This document shows positions 20,501-29,371 of a DNA stretch of 64,000 bases, in pieces. Position numbers and translations under genes: made by a program. Numbering within the stretch: the stretch's first letter is position 1; every line of letters starts with the position of its first letter. The DNA lies in NCBI GenBank assembly GCA_043811915.1, contig JBDRMS010000008.1, forward strand, positions 109 through 64,108, read 5' to 3'. The notes beneath the pieces were generated by a model. That model made no database searches. It saw only the letters and a list, made by a program, of their open reading frames with translations, and was not told where the DNA came from. Source of the DNA: a bacterium. GTDB lineage: Bacteria; Patescibacteriota; Andersenbacteria; UBA10190.

Positions 20501-20803
20501 TACCTCGCCTGTCTTTTTATTAATCAAGCGCACCGCGCAGCGAATTGGTGCCTCATATGTTGCATTGCGATCTCTGGCGGTTTCCTCCGTATGCTTAGGC
20601 GCATCAAGATAATGATCAAGAAATTGCAATTCCAGATTACCGGCGTGGTCAACAATGGGGGATACTTCTTCAAACAATTCCCCCAGGCCTGTCTCACAAA
20701 ACCACCGATAAGAGTCCAATTGGGAACGCAGAAAATTAGGCGGCTCTACGACACTGGACGTAAAGGCTGAAAAAGTTTTCCGCTCACGGAGCGAGTGCAA
20801 CAT
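17540..20803 (-). CDS. rpoB: RNA polymerase beta subunit (compact)
   Basis: SQLSQFMDQ, GDKLAGRHGNKG, GGQRFGEME. Confidence 0.99.
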   Translation of the reverse strand: MLHSLRERKTFSAFTSSVVEPPNFLRSQLDSYRWFCETGLGELFEEVSPIVDHAGNLELQFLDHYLDAPKHTEETARDRNATYEAPIRCAVRLINKKTGEVKEQEVYLGEFPVMTGRGTFIINGVERVVVSQLIRSPGVFFTSQFSKGRVWYGAKIIPNRGAWLELETAADGAVYVRIDRKRKVAITTLLRALEIETDNEKMKGMFADIDTDAEIKFIEATLARDITHNVAEGLREIYKRLRPGDLATVDNARQMIHDMFFRLDRYDFGKVGRYRMNQRLSLKVSQAPEHRILRNEDVVAVLREVIRLNVSQEPADDIDHLGNRRVRPVGELIQNKFRVGLTRMERIAKDRMSTLELDKVTAAQLVNARPIIAAIKEFFTSSQLSQFMDQTNPLSEIEHKRRMSAMGPGGLDRHRAGFEVRDVHRSHYGRICPIQTPEGPNIGLVGHMAVYARLNEYGFLETPYHKVEDGKVTDEIEYLDAYQEEKYIIAQAEEPRDNTGRLTGSKVEARERGQFAEVKPKQVDYIDVSPQQIVSIGAGMIPFIEHDDAQRALMGSNMQRQAVPPVVPEAPRIGTGLEGRAAYDSGQVVLSTIDGEVAEVDARHITVKGKGDEKQVYRLQNFQRSNHSTAMTQHPLVEVGQKVKAGELIADGSATDRGELSLGQNLLVAFVPWYGGNFEDAIVVSERVVQEDRFTSGHVEDFLVDVRDTKLGPEVITRDIPNVSEEKLRNLAGDGIVRVGAEVHSGDILVGKVTNKGETDLTSEERLLRAIFGEKAKDVKDTSLYLAHGEMGKVVDVKIFSREEGDKLPSGVLQQVQVSVAQMRKLQVGDKLAGRHGNKGVISEIRPVEDMPYLGDGTPVDIVLNPMGVASRMNIGQILETHLGIAAQRLKFFVASPSFVGVKESEIREQLIKAGLPEDGKMQLFNGISGEAFDHPVTVGVMYVLKLHHLVDDKIHMRSTGPYSLVTQQPLGGKAQFGGQRFGEMEVWALEAYGAAHSLQEMLTIKSDDVPGRSKTYESIVKGTAIQPPRVPAAFDVLVKELKGLALDVELLGQKVIRTEKKEESEYMRIPVKTGQERGKERGVRIR

Positions 20804-20921
20804 TTATTCGTTAGTGTCTAATAATAAACAAAACAAACCGCAGACAGTTAGTCCTCGTCTGTGGAAAAAGCGCCATATTCCAGGCACACAGACCAAACCC
20901 TCGTCAGAGACGATAAGAGTG

Positions 20922-20950
20922 AGTATAGAAAACCCGGTTTATTTTGTCAA
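20922..20950 (-). promoter_or_regulatory. Near-consensus sigma70 promoter of rpoBC
   Basis: TTGACA-17-TATACT. Confidence 0.85.
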
Positions 20951-20968
20951 GAAAATATAACAAAAAAG

Positions 20969-21337
20969 TCAATAGACCTTATCCACATACCTCGGCAACA
21001 CCATTTTTTCACGTTTTGCGACGCTAGCTTCATCTATCAAGTCATCTCTATTAATTCCTGTCAACCCGACCACGTCAGCTCCGAGGGCATATGCCAGCAT
21101 ATTTGCCACCGTCACTCCAGCCCGTAAAGACGAATAGCAACGCCCCGGACCTACTTGAACAGCTATTTTGTCAATATCCTTCAGCTCCGCCTCGGCCCCT
21201 CTAAGCAGTTCACTTACAACATCCAGCACATACCGCCCTACATCAGGGCTGTTCTCCCATGTTTTCTCATCCAACACTTCACCGTCTCTAATCAAAGCAA
21301 CAGAAACTTTCTCATCAGAAGTATTAATAATCAACAC
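20969..21337 (-). CDS. tsaB: t6A biosynthesis protein TsaB (short form)
   Basis: LIINTS...DIDKIAVQVGPG.CYSSLRAGVTVANMLA; 122 aa. Confidence 0.85.
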   Translation of the reverse strand: MLIINTSDEKVSVALIRDGEVLDEKTWENSPDVGRYVLDVVSELLRGAEAELKDIDKIAVQVGPGRCYSSLRAGVTVANMLAYALGADVVGLTGINRDDLIDEASVAKREKMVLPRYVDKVY

Positions 21338-22545
21338 AAGGCCAAAAGTTCCTCTATTATCTCTCTATCATTCCATGACACAATCTCTTTTCCCACTCCC
21401 ATCCCCGTCTCCGCGCCCTTTCCTGTCACCACCACAACATCCCCGTCTTTTGCCTTTTCCAGCGCATATTTGATTGCCTCCCGGCGATCAGGAATACGGC
21501 GCCACCCCACTTCGCCCTCCGGGCTTTGCGGGGCAAGACCTTGTTCCAAGTCCTTGAAAATCTGCTCCTCGTTCTCTGTCCAGGGATCTTCGCGCGTCAG
21601 CACAACCTCGTCAGCATATTTTGCCACTGCCTTTGCCATCAACGGTCGCTTCCCCCTGTCCCTCTCCCCAGCTGCTCCGAGAACGGCAAATATCTTTCCC
21701 GACGTCTCTTTTCTCACATACCGATAAAGCCTCTCCAATGACCCCGGCGTCACCGCGTAATCAATCAGTACCCTGGGCAATCCTTTTGAAAATTGTGGAT
21801 CTATCCACTCCATTCGTCCCGGAACATTTTTAACAGCCGCCACCCCGCGCGCCACAGCATCTTCTTTCACTCCCACCGCCCGAGCCAACAGCCTTGCCGC
21901 CAGCACATTTTCTTTATTAAAATCACCCGGCAGGGGAGTAACCACTACCTCCGCCTCCCCCGCAGAGAATTTAATTAATCTGGTTTTTGAAAATTTTAAA
22001 TTCAATGAAAATTTTAAATTGGAAATTAAAAATTCCTTATTAACTACCACAGGGGAACCTACCTTCACACAGTCTGCTATCCTAGCCTTCGCCTTCCCAT
22101 ACTCCTCCATCGTTTTATGATAATCCAGGTGCTCCCTTTCGATATTCAAAATAATCGCCCCTTCCATCTGCAGTCCCGCCAGTCTGTTCTGATCAAGCGC
22201 ATGCGAAGTTACTTCTAACACCACGTGCTTCACGCCTTTTTTTCTCATCCGCCACAAACATCGATATACTTCTTTACTGTCCGTCGTCGTCATTTTTGTC
22301 TCATTTATACTCTCCTCCTCACCAATCCAAATTCCCACCGTCGTTAACATCCCCACCTTGTCTCGCCCATAAGCTTCTCGTAAAATACTGGCCAGTACGT
22401 AGCACGTGGTCGTCTTGCCATTCGTCCCCGTCACCCCGTAAATTTTTATCCCCCTGTCCGGCCAGCCAAAATAAATCTGCCACCAGTGCGCCTGGCAAAA
22501 ATGATAAACATTCTTCAATTGCTGATACACTCTCACTCTCATCAT
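21331..22545 (-). CDS. murE: MurE-type Mur ligase lacking the N-terminal domain
   Basis: GVTGTNGKTTT, LEVTSH, EHLDYH, PGRME, DYA, GERDRGKRPLM, GKG. Confidence 0.9.
   Translation of the reverse strand: MMRVRVYQQLKNVYHFCQAHWWQIYFGWPDRGIKIYGVTGTNGKTTTCYVLASILREAYGRDKVGMLTTVGIWIGEEESINETKMTTTDSKEVYRCLWRMRKKGVKHVVLEVTSHALDQNRLAGLQMEGAIILNIEREHLDYHKTMEEYGKAKARIADCVKVGSPVVVNKEFLISNLKFSLNLKFSKTRLIKFSAGEAEVVVTPLPGDFNKENVLAARLLARAVGVKEDAVARGVAAVKNVPGRMEWIDPQFSKGLPRVLIDYAVTPGSLERLYRYVRKETSGKIFAVLGAAGERDRGKRPLMAKAVAKYADEVVLTREDPWTENEEQIFKDLEQGLAPQSPEGEVGWRRIPDRREAIKYALEKAKDGDVVVVTGKGAETGMGVGKEIVSWNDREIIEELLALC
21505..21533. repeat. GC-rich palindromic element in-frame within murE
   Basis: CCCCACTTCGCCCTCCGGGCTTTGCGGGG; encodes PQSPEGEVG. 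Confidence 0.6.
21989..22034. repeat. AT-rich duplicated unit in-frame within murE
   Basis: GAAAATTTTAAATT twice (21989, 22007); encodes FLISNLKFSLNLKFS. Confidence 0.65.
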
Positions 22546-23534
22546 CCAAAGAGCAGCACCCCGCGCGCCCGCCTGGCCAGGTTAAATAACGCGTACATTC
22601 CCGGCTGCAGCACATAATCATACGCCCCGGCATAGTTCTCCCGCCGCCCGCCAAATCCTTTTTTGAACCTCGTTACCCCTGACCACGGGTGGCTTTTGCC
22701 ACTGCCAGGTGGGGCTACCCCAAAGAAATCAAAGTGCTTCGCCCCCTGCTGCTTAGCTCTCTTTATCGACTCCCACATTAAAAGATGCGGCGCCATTATT
22801 TCACGCAGCGTTGACGACGTTGCCCCATGCGCATACGTTACGGTCGTACCATATCTAATAAGCAAGAAAACGCCCAACACCACACCGTCATATTCCGCTA
22901 CGGCCAGTTCCAACATCCCCGCCGGCGCCAGTACATCCAGCATCGTTCGATAATAATCATCCGGATGAAAGTGAAAATTGCCCCGTTCCATTACATCTTT
23001 TGATAGTCGCAAAAATTCTTTAACATCCTTGTGCTCTTTCGAAAAACGAACAGTCACTCCCTTGCGCTCCGCTAAACGAATGTTGTATCTCGTTTTGTGA
23101 TGCATCCCGGCCAGCAATTTTTCCTCTTCCGCCAAGTCAAGCACTAAGGTATGACGCGGCTGCACTTCTTTTTCAGATTTTCGAAACGAAAATCTGTCCT
23201 CCAGTCTGGAAATTTCTGGCACAGGAGGGTCTACCCGTACAAATACCGCCTTCTCGTTCTTCGCCAGCTCCAACAATTTTTCCCGCAACAAATCACTTGG
23301 ATCGCCTCTAGGAACGTACAACCAACACCGCCCCAATGGCATTTCGTGCCTTGTCACCAGTGCCACCGCCTTCAGCTCTCCCGCCTCTCCAACTACAAGT
23401 CTCCAGTAAGCAATCCCCAATCTATTTTGCATCTCACCCCAAGCCCAGGATTGCAGAAAAGACGGGAATTTGGATGAAAGTATAAATTTATCCCACCGCT
23501 CTCTCTCCCCGTCGTTTATTTGGTCATTGAGCAT
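22542..23534 (-). CDS. FemABX-family peptidoglycan bridge peptidyltransferase
   Basis: FLQSWAWG, YVPRG, KTRYNIRLAERKGV, FDFFG, GVTRFKKGFGG. Confidence 0.93.
   Translation of the reverse strand: MLNDQINDGERERWDKFILSSKFPSFLQSWAWGEMQNRLGIAYWRLVVGEAGELKAVALVTRHEMPLGRCWLYVPRGDPSDLLREKLLELAKNEKAVFVRVDPPVPEISRLEDRFSFRKSEKEVQPRHTLVLDLAEEEKLLAGMHHKTRYNIRLAERKGVTVRFSKEHKDVKEFLRLSKDVMERGNFHFHPDDYYRTMLDVLAPAGMLELAVAEYDGVVLGVFLLIRYGTTVTYAHGATSSTLREIMAPHLLMWESIKRAKQQGAKHFDFFGVAPPGSGKSHPWSGVTRFKKGFGGRRENYAGAYDYVLQPGMYALFNLARRARGVLLFG
23174..23210. repeat. Two adjacent palindromes inside the Fem gene
   Basis: CAGATTTTCG-AAA-CGAAAATCTG (perfect 10-bp arms) and TCCAG-T-CTGGA. Confidence 0.6.
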
Positions 23535-23543
23535 CGGGTATTT

Positions 23544-24110
23544 TCATGCACTCTGTTTCTGCAATGACAACTTTACTGCCTCTTCAACACTTTTTACATC
23601 TCGTGGCAACCTTTGCACCGCTTCTCTTGCCTGGCTAGCCGTAAAACCAATACTAGTCAGGGCTTCCATCGCTTCCTGTTGTACATTGCCTGATACCCCC
23701 ATCACTGCTGATGGTAATATTTTCTCCTTCAGCTCAACTAGAATGCGTTCGGCTGTTTTGCGACCTACCCCTGATACCTTAGTCAACAAAGCTGTGTCTT
23801 CCTCCGTTACTGCCTGCGCCAGCACCTTCGGCGGCGCTACTTCCAGAATACTCATGGCCGTCCGCGGCCCCACTGACGGCACCGTCAATAACAAGTCAAA
23901 AAAGTCCAAGCCCTCCTTGCTTTCAAAACCATACAGGCTCTCGCCGTCACTCGTTATATGATGATGAATCCGCAAGAAAACTACCGATCCCTTCCTGGTT
24001 TTCTTCCACAACGAATTTAAGACCGCTACCCGGTAACCCACTCCATTCACATCAACAATCAGCGCCTTACTCTCGCGCTCAATCACTTTTCCAGATAACC
24101 TAGCAATCAT
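23544..24110 (-). CDS. ruvA: Holliday junction DNA-binding protein RuvA
   Basis: MIARLSG, VNGVGY, LYGF, VSGVGRKTAERILVELK. Confidence 0.97.
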   Translation of the reverse strand: MIARLSGKVIERESKALIVDVNGVGYRVAVLNSLWKKTRKGSVVFLRIHHHITSDGESLYGFESKEGLDFFDLLLTVPSVGPRTAMSILEVAPPKVLAQAVTEEDTALLTKVSGVGRKTAERILVELKEKILPSAVMGVSGNVQQEAMEALTSIGFTASQAREAVQRLPRDVKSVEEAVKLSLQKQSA

Positions 24111-24113
24111 AAT

Positions 24114-26102
24114 ATGAAGCGTAGTCTAATAAAGCAAAAATTCAATTTAAAAGCCCCTTTTAAGTCCGCCGGCGATCAACCCCAGGCCATAAAACAGCTT
24201 GTCTCTGGCCTAAATAAGGGGTTTACACGCCAAACTCTACTTGGCACCACTGGCAGTGGCAAAACCGCCACTATGAGCTGGGTTATTGCTAAGACTCAAA
24301 AACCAACCCTGGTCATTAGTCACAACAAAACACTAGCTGCCCAGTTGGCCGAGGAATTCAGACAGTTTTTTCCCGACAACGCCGTCGAATATTTTGTTTC
24401 CTATTATGACTACTACCAGCCCGAAGCTTATCTGCCCCGCAGCGACACTTACATAGCTAAAGACGCCAGTATCAACGACGAGATTGATAGGTTGCGTCAC
24501 GCTTCTCTTGAAGCTGTCCTTACTCGCTCCGATGTCATCGTCGTCACCTCCGTCTCTTGTATATACGGCCTGGGCTTACCCAGTAATTATTTCGATCTAC
24601 GTCTGGTCATCAGACTAGGAGACAAGCAAACCCGGAATGATATCCTGCGGCAACTCGTTCGTCTGCAATATAATCGCAACGACACCGATTTAATACGAGG
24701 TACCTACCGCGTTCGAGGAGACACGCTCGACATTCACCCGGCGGGGGAGGACGCCATTCTTCGACTTGAGTTTTTTGGTTCCAAAGTAGATCGCTTATCT
24801 TATCGCGACGACTTGACCGGCCAGGTATTCAGTACTCCTGAAGTTGCCTCCATCTTCCCCGCCACTTTTTTCATCTCCTCCCCCGATAGTTTACAACGCG
24901 CCTTGTCCAATATTCGCCTTGAGCTCGCGGGGCGTACTCGGCAACTTACCAAACAGAACAAACTAGTTGAGGCCGAGCGTCTCCAGCAGCGCACCAACTA
25001 TGATCTAGAAATGATTGAGCAAATAGGATACTGCAGCGGCATAGAAAATTATTCCCGTCACATCGATGGCCGCGCTCCGGGTGCGCCCCCCGCCACTTTG
25101 CTCGATTACTTCGTTCACTCCTATAATAAAAATTTTCTTGTCTTCATTGACGAGTCTCACATGACCATTCCCCAAATCAGCGCCATGTCCGGAGGCGACG
25201 CCGCCCGCAAAGATAATTTAATCAATTATGGCTTTCGTTTGCCGTCTGCCCGCGACAATCGTCCTCTTAAATTTCACGAATTCGAAGACCGGATAAGCCA
25301 AACCATATTCGTCTCCGCCACTCCAGCCGACTACGAAAGAAACATCAGCCAGCAGGTAGCCGAGCAGATAGTCCGGCCCACCGGGCTACTCGACCCCACT
25401 ATCGACGTCCGCCCTCTCAACCACCAGGTCGACGACGTCATCAACGAAATCCAGCAGCGAGCCAAGAAAAAACAACGAATTCTTGTCACCACCTTAACCA
25501 AGCGCATGGCCGAGGAACTATCCACTTACCTGATCGAAATGGGCATCAAAGCTGCCTATCTCCACTCCGACATCGATACTTTTGAGCGCCTGGAGATATT
25601 ACGCAATCTGCGTCTTGGCACTTACGACGTCTTGGTCGGCATTAATCTCTTACGCGAAGGCCTCGACTTGCCCGAGGTTTCTCTAGTTGCCGTCATGGAC
25701 GCCGACAAAGAAGGTTTTTTGCGCTCCACCACTTCCCTGGTTCAAGTCATGGGGCGCGCCGCCCGCCACAGCGAGGGTCACGTCATTATGTACGCCGACA
25801 CCGTTACCGCCTCCATGCGTGAGGCCATTGATGAAACAAGCCGCCGCCGCGCTATTCAACAGCAATATAACAAACAACACAAAATCATTCCCCGATCAAT
25901 CAAAAAATCCATTCAGGAGTCATCCCTTACCCGCTCCAGTAAAGATGATCATGAGGAAATTGACCCCGAAGATATTCCACCAGACGAGTTAGTCCGCGCC
26001 GTAAAAGAGCTCACCGCTAAAATGGATCTGGCCGCCCGGAACCTGGAGTTCGAAAAAGCCGCCCAGCTTCGTGATATGATTCAACAAATACTCAATCGGT
26101 AA
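24114..26102 (+). CDS. uvrB: Excinuclease ABC subunit B
   Basis: GDQPQAI, GTTGSGKT, YFVSYYDYYQPEAY, DESH, C-terminal UVR domain. Confidence 0.99.
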   Translation: MKRSLIKQKFNLKAPFKSAGDQPQAIKQLVSGLNKGFTRQTLLGTTGSGKTATMSWVIAKTQKPTLVISHNKTLAAQLAEEFRQFFPDNAVEYFVSYYDYYQPEAYLPRSDTYIAKDASINDEIDRLRHASLEAVLTRSDVIVVTSVSCIYGLGLPSNYFDLRLVIRLGDKQTRNDILRQLVRLQYNRNDTDLIRGTYRVRGDTLDIHPAGEDAILRLEFFGSKVDRLSYRDDLTGQVFSTPEVASIFPATFFISSPDSLQRALSNIRLELAGRTRQLTKQNKLVEAERLQQRTNYDLEMIEQIGYCSGIENYSRHIDGRAPGAPPATLLDYFVHSYNKNFLVFIDESHMTIPQISAMSGGDAARKDNLINYGFRLPSARDNRPLKFHEFEDRISQTIFVSATPADYERNISQQVAEQIVRPTGLLDPTIDVRPLNHQVDDVINEIQQRAKKKQRILVTTLTKRMAEELSTYLIEMGIKAAYLHSDIDTFERLEILRNLRLGTYDVLVGINLLREGLDLPEVSLVAVMDADKEGFLRSTTSLVQVMGRAARHSEGHVIMYADTVTASMREAIDETSRRRAIQQQYNKQHKIIPRSIKKSIQESSLTRSSKDDHEEIDPEDIPPDELVRAVKELTAKMDLAARNLEFEKAAQLRDMIQQILNR

Positions 26103-27367
26103 TGATGAACCTACTATCAAAAACGTCATGGGCGTTCTTGCTTCTTATTACCGCCACCCTTGTTCTCCAGGCCAACCACCCCACCTGGCAAAATCATCTT
26201 CAAAATGACGTCATCGTTCACCAAGAACAAGTCAAGTATTACCAAAAAACCGGCTCCTGGAGCAATATAAAAGCCAAAGACTACCAGCCCGGCGCCCTCT
26301 GGCTTTTCCTCCTTCCTAGTTTGTTTGGTGGACCCAGCCAATCCTTCAATGCTTATCTTAACATCACTCTGTTTATAAACATTCTTTTAATAATTGGCCA
26401 CTTCTATTTATACAAACACTTTGGGCCACCCGGTGCTTCCATTTTTTTCCTCATCCTGTTACTCGCCATGGGACCTCTTCTTCTCTTCCGTTTTGACCTC
26501 GCAGTCACCTCACTTGTTCTGTTAACCTGGTTGTCCTTCACTCATCAACGCCTGTCACTAGCTGGCTTTCTGCTTGGCGTGGCTATCGCCACTAAACTAT
26601 ATCCAATAGTTCTGCTGCCAATAATGGCGGCACAACTCCTCAAAAATTACCTATTCAGAAAATTCGCCTTATTCTCTCTGTCTGTTTTTCTCGGCGCAAC
26701 ACTAATAGTTGCTCCTTTCCTTATATCCAGTGGTTCTCTCATTGATATTTCAGACAGTTTCGATAATTATCTGGTAAAACCAGTCGGCTTAGAAAGCCTT
26801 TGGGCGAGCGGGCTGACAATAATCTGGCAAATCAAAAGCAGCACACGCCCAGCCATTGACGGCTCCCACTATATTCAAGGCATTGCTCCTTCTGCAACCT
26901 TTTTATCACAATCGTTCTACAACAACTTCTGGCTATTCCCGGTAGGGTTAATTACTTTATTCATAATCCAGCTTTTTTGGTCAAAAAAATATGGGTATGC
27001 ATACCCCATAATTCCTCTTACCCTGTTAACCACTTTCGTCATCTCTCTTAAAGTTTTAGCCCCTCAATACCTTTGGTGGGCCTTCTCGTTCGTGCCACTT
27101 ATAAACTTCTCTAATCCCCGAGCTCCAAAAACAACTTTCATTATGCCCATCATTCTTGTCGCCACCCTAGTCCTCACCCAACTTATCTATCCGATTAATT
27201 ATTCTCAATTCATCAGCTGGTTCCAAGACGCTACAACTGATCCCGGTCCCTTTCTCATCTCCCTGGAACGCAACATCCTGCTAATTATCTTCTTCATCCT
27301 ACTACTATCCCAACTCTGGTCAACAAGAAAACCAGCCCTAGATACAAAAACCGGCCCCTCACAATAA
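26102..27367 (+). CDS. GT87/DUF2029-like membrane glycosyltransferase (GT-C)
   Basis: Multi-TM; RFDL, ATKLYP, ES, KVLAPQY motifs. Confidence 0.75.
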   Translation: MMNLLSKTSWAFLLLITATLVLQANHPTWQNHLQNDVIVHQEQVKYYQKTGSWSNIKAKDYQPGALWLFLLPSLFGGPSQSFNAYLNITLFINILLIIGHFYLYKHFGPPGASIFFLILLLAMGPLLLFRFDLAVTSLVLLTWLSFTHQRLSLAGFLLGVAIATKLYPIVLLPIMAAQLLKNYLFRKFALFSLSVFLGATLIVAPFLISSGSLIDISDSFDNYLVKPVGLESLWASGLTIIWQIKSSTRPAIDGSHYIQGIAPSATFLSQSFYNNFWLFPVGLITLFIIQLFWSKKYGYAYPIIPLTLLTTFVISLKVLAPQYLWWAFSFVPLINFSNPRAPKTTFIMPIILVATLVLTQLIYPINYSQFISWFQDATTDPGPFLISLERNILLIIFFILLLSQLWSTRKPALDTKTGPSQ

Positions 27368-27374
27368 CATATTT

Positions 27375-28016
27375 TTACCCACCTTTTCTCCCCACAAAAA
27401 AGAAACTGGAGCTTAAGAAGCCAGTTTTTAATAACACCAACTTAAAGGGCGACAACAACTGTCTAATTTCTTTTTTCACATACTCATTATGAAATGGCTC
27501 GTTGTGATAATGAGTTGAAGACAAAAAACGAAAACGCCATAACAATGACCTGGCCGGCACTGATCCAATAAACACCCCCTCCGGCCTTAATACTCGCTTT
27601 ATTTCTCCCACCGCCTTGTCCGAATCTACCAAGTGCTCCAGCACTTCCGTACAAATAACGGTGGAGAAAAAATCATCCGGAAATTCAAGCTGTTCTGCGT
27701 CTCCTTGTCTTAACTCCGATTCAGGAACATATTTCTTGGCCCGCTTCAAATGTCTTGGATTAATATCGATCCCCACCGATCCCGCTGGCAAATGCCTCAA
27801 CATCAAACCAGTACCGCAACCTACGTCCAGATATTTGTCACCTCGACCAAAACGACCAATCAATTGTTTAATCCTTCGTTCCCTATACCGATGCAGCAAA
27901 GACTCCAGCCCCCGCCAATTATCCGTCACCTCATTCCAGTCATAATCTTCTATCTTACGATAGAAGTCCTTAACATACTCATTGTAAACATAGTCAGTGC
28001 GCGCCGGACGTCTCAT
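27375..28016 (-). CDS. Class I SAM-dependent methyltransferase
   Basis: LDVGCGTG, GIDI, EVLEHL, RVLRPEG. Start placed at the ATGA overlap. Confidence 0.92.
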   Translation of the reverse strand: MRRPARTDYVYNEYVKDFYRKIEDYDWNEVTDNWRGLESLLHRYRERRIKQLIGRFGRGDKYLDVGCGTGLMLRHLPAGSVGIDINPRHLKRAKKYVPESELRQGDAEQLEFPDDFFSTVICTEVLEHLVDSDKAVGEIKRVLRPEGVFIGSVPARSLLWRFRFLSSTHYHNEPFHNEYVKKEIRQLLSPFKLVLLKTGFLSSSFFFVGRKGG

Positions 28017-29314
28017 AATCCAAGCGTCCGGGAAACCCACAAAACCTCGAGCGCAAACATAAACAGTAATAAGGCTAGAAAAGCCGGTTTAAGCACCAAT
28101 AAACGATTACGCAACAACAAAGCAATTGTTACTATGCCATAGAACATCAGTACCATAATCCTCTTATCGGTCTGGCTATCTAAAACTCCACTATTCTGCA
28201 ACATTATGCTTAACAGCGGCAAGAATAAAAACATGTAAACCTTCCTTTGTTTAAACAACTGACAAAACACATATCCCAGTCCCACCGCTATCAATGGATA
28301 CACGGCATATTTATACCATCCATAAGCTTCGAACGGAGCTACATACAGAAAGAGAAATGAAAAAATAAACAATGGCGCAAAAATATATATTCCTTTTCGG
28401 CTCCGTTTCCTCGCTGCCAATGCCAACGATCCAATTAAACCAACGATAATGGACGGATCGTAAAACCCATAATTTCCAATATTCAAACTCGTAAACAAAG
28501 ACCAGAAATTCCAAAAATTCTGCGGGCGATCATGATGAGCAATCATTGAGTTATAAAAAATATCCCAGCTATAGTAATATCCATATCCCGCCAACAACAA
28601 TACCGAGCCAAGCGCCGCTCCCAATAATACAACTCCCAATGACCACCGACGCTTGTAGAGAGCCAGAAACACAAGCGTGGCCGGAATGACAATAGCCGAC
28701 AATTTGATCAGCAAAGAAACAACGCACAAAAAAACCATCCCCGCCCCTGCCATTTTCCTCTTATATTCAGTCTCTATTGTTTCAAACAGCACAAACAAAT
28801 ACAGGCCCAGTATCAACAACAGCCCTACCAAATGCTCCGCCGCAACAATTCGTGAAGTCACTATGTGAGATGGGAAAAACACAAACGCCAGGATGGTGAA
28901 AAGAGCCAGCCTCCCACCAAACAATTTCTTCACCAGTAAATAGGTAACCGATATCGTCAGGACAGAAATTATAATCATCGGCACACGGATTAAAGCCCAG
29001 TTAAAGTTGCACCAATCATCCTGCCCGGTCAAACGCGCCCACCCGCCAATAAGCAGACCGAAAAGTGGCGGGTGCGCCAAAAAAGGAGTCATCACTTGCC
29101 CGCAGCCTGCCTCTCTGGCCACGCCAAGATGTGAAAATAAACTCCAGGAACTAGGCACTCTCTCATTCAACAGCGACACTCCCACCATCAACCACGATTT
29201 CTCGTCCGCATCCATCGGATGAAACCCCCCCAAATTACCCGCCCGCAACAGCACCGCTATTACAATCAAGGCCAGAAACAGCAGCGGCTTTAAAGACCCG
29301 ACTTCCAAATTCAT
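28013..29314 (-). CDS. ArnT/PMT-like GT-C glycosyltransferase
   Basis: DADE after TM1, HPPL, multi-TM. Confidence 0.8.
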   Translation of the reverse strand: MNLEVGSLKPLLFLALIVIAVLLRAGNLGGFHPMDADEKSWLMVGVSLLNERVPSSWSLFSHLGVAREAGCGQVMTPFLAHPPLFGLLIGGWARLTGQDDWCNFNWALIRVPMIIISVLTISVTYLLVKKLFGGRLALFTILAFVFFPSHIVTSRIVAAEHLVGLLLILGLYLFVLFETIETEYKRKMAGAGMVFLCVVSLLIKLSAIVIPATLVFLALYKRRWSLGVVLLGAALGSVLLLAGYGYYYSWDIFYNSMIAHHDRPQNFWNFWSLFTSLNIGNYGFYDPSIIVGLIGSLALAARKRSRKGIYIFAPLFIFSFLFLYVAPFEAYGWYKYAVYPLIAVGLGYVFCQLFKQRKVYMFLFLPLLSIMLQNSGVLDSQTDKRIMVLMFYGIVTIALLLRNRLLVLKPAFLALLLFMFALEVLWVSRTLGL

Positions 29315-29371
29315 GACAACTAGTATACTACACACATCCCCCAAAAACCGTGCTAAACTAAACGGCCGCCT

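Noticed and set aside
13717-20803. Inteins or introns in rpoB/rpoC (also checked recA, polA)
   Set aside because: Lengths are normal or short and motifs are continuous.
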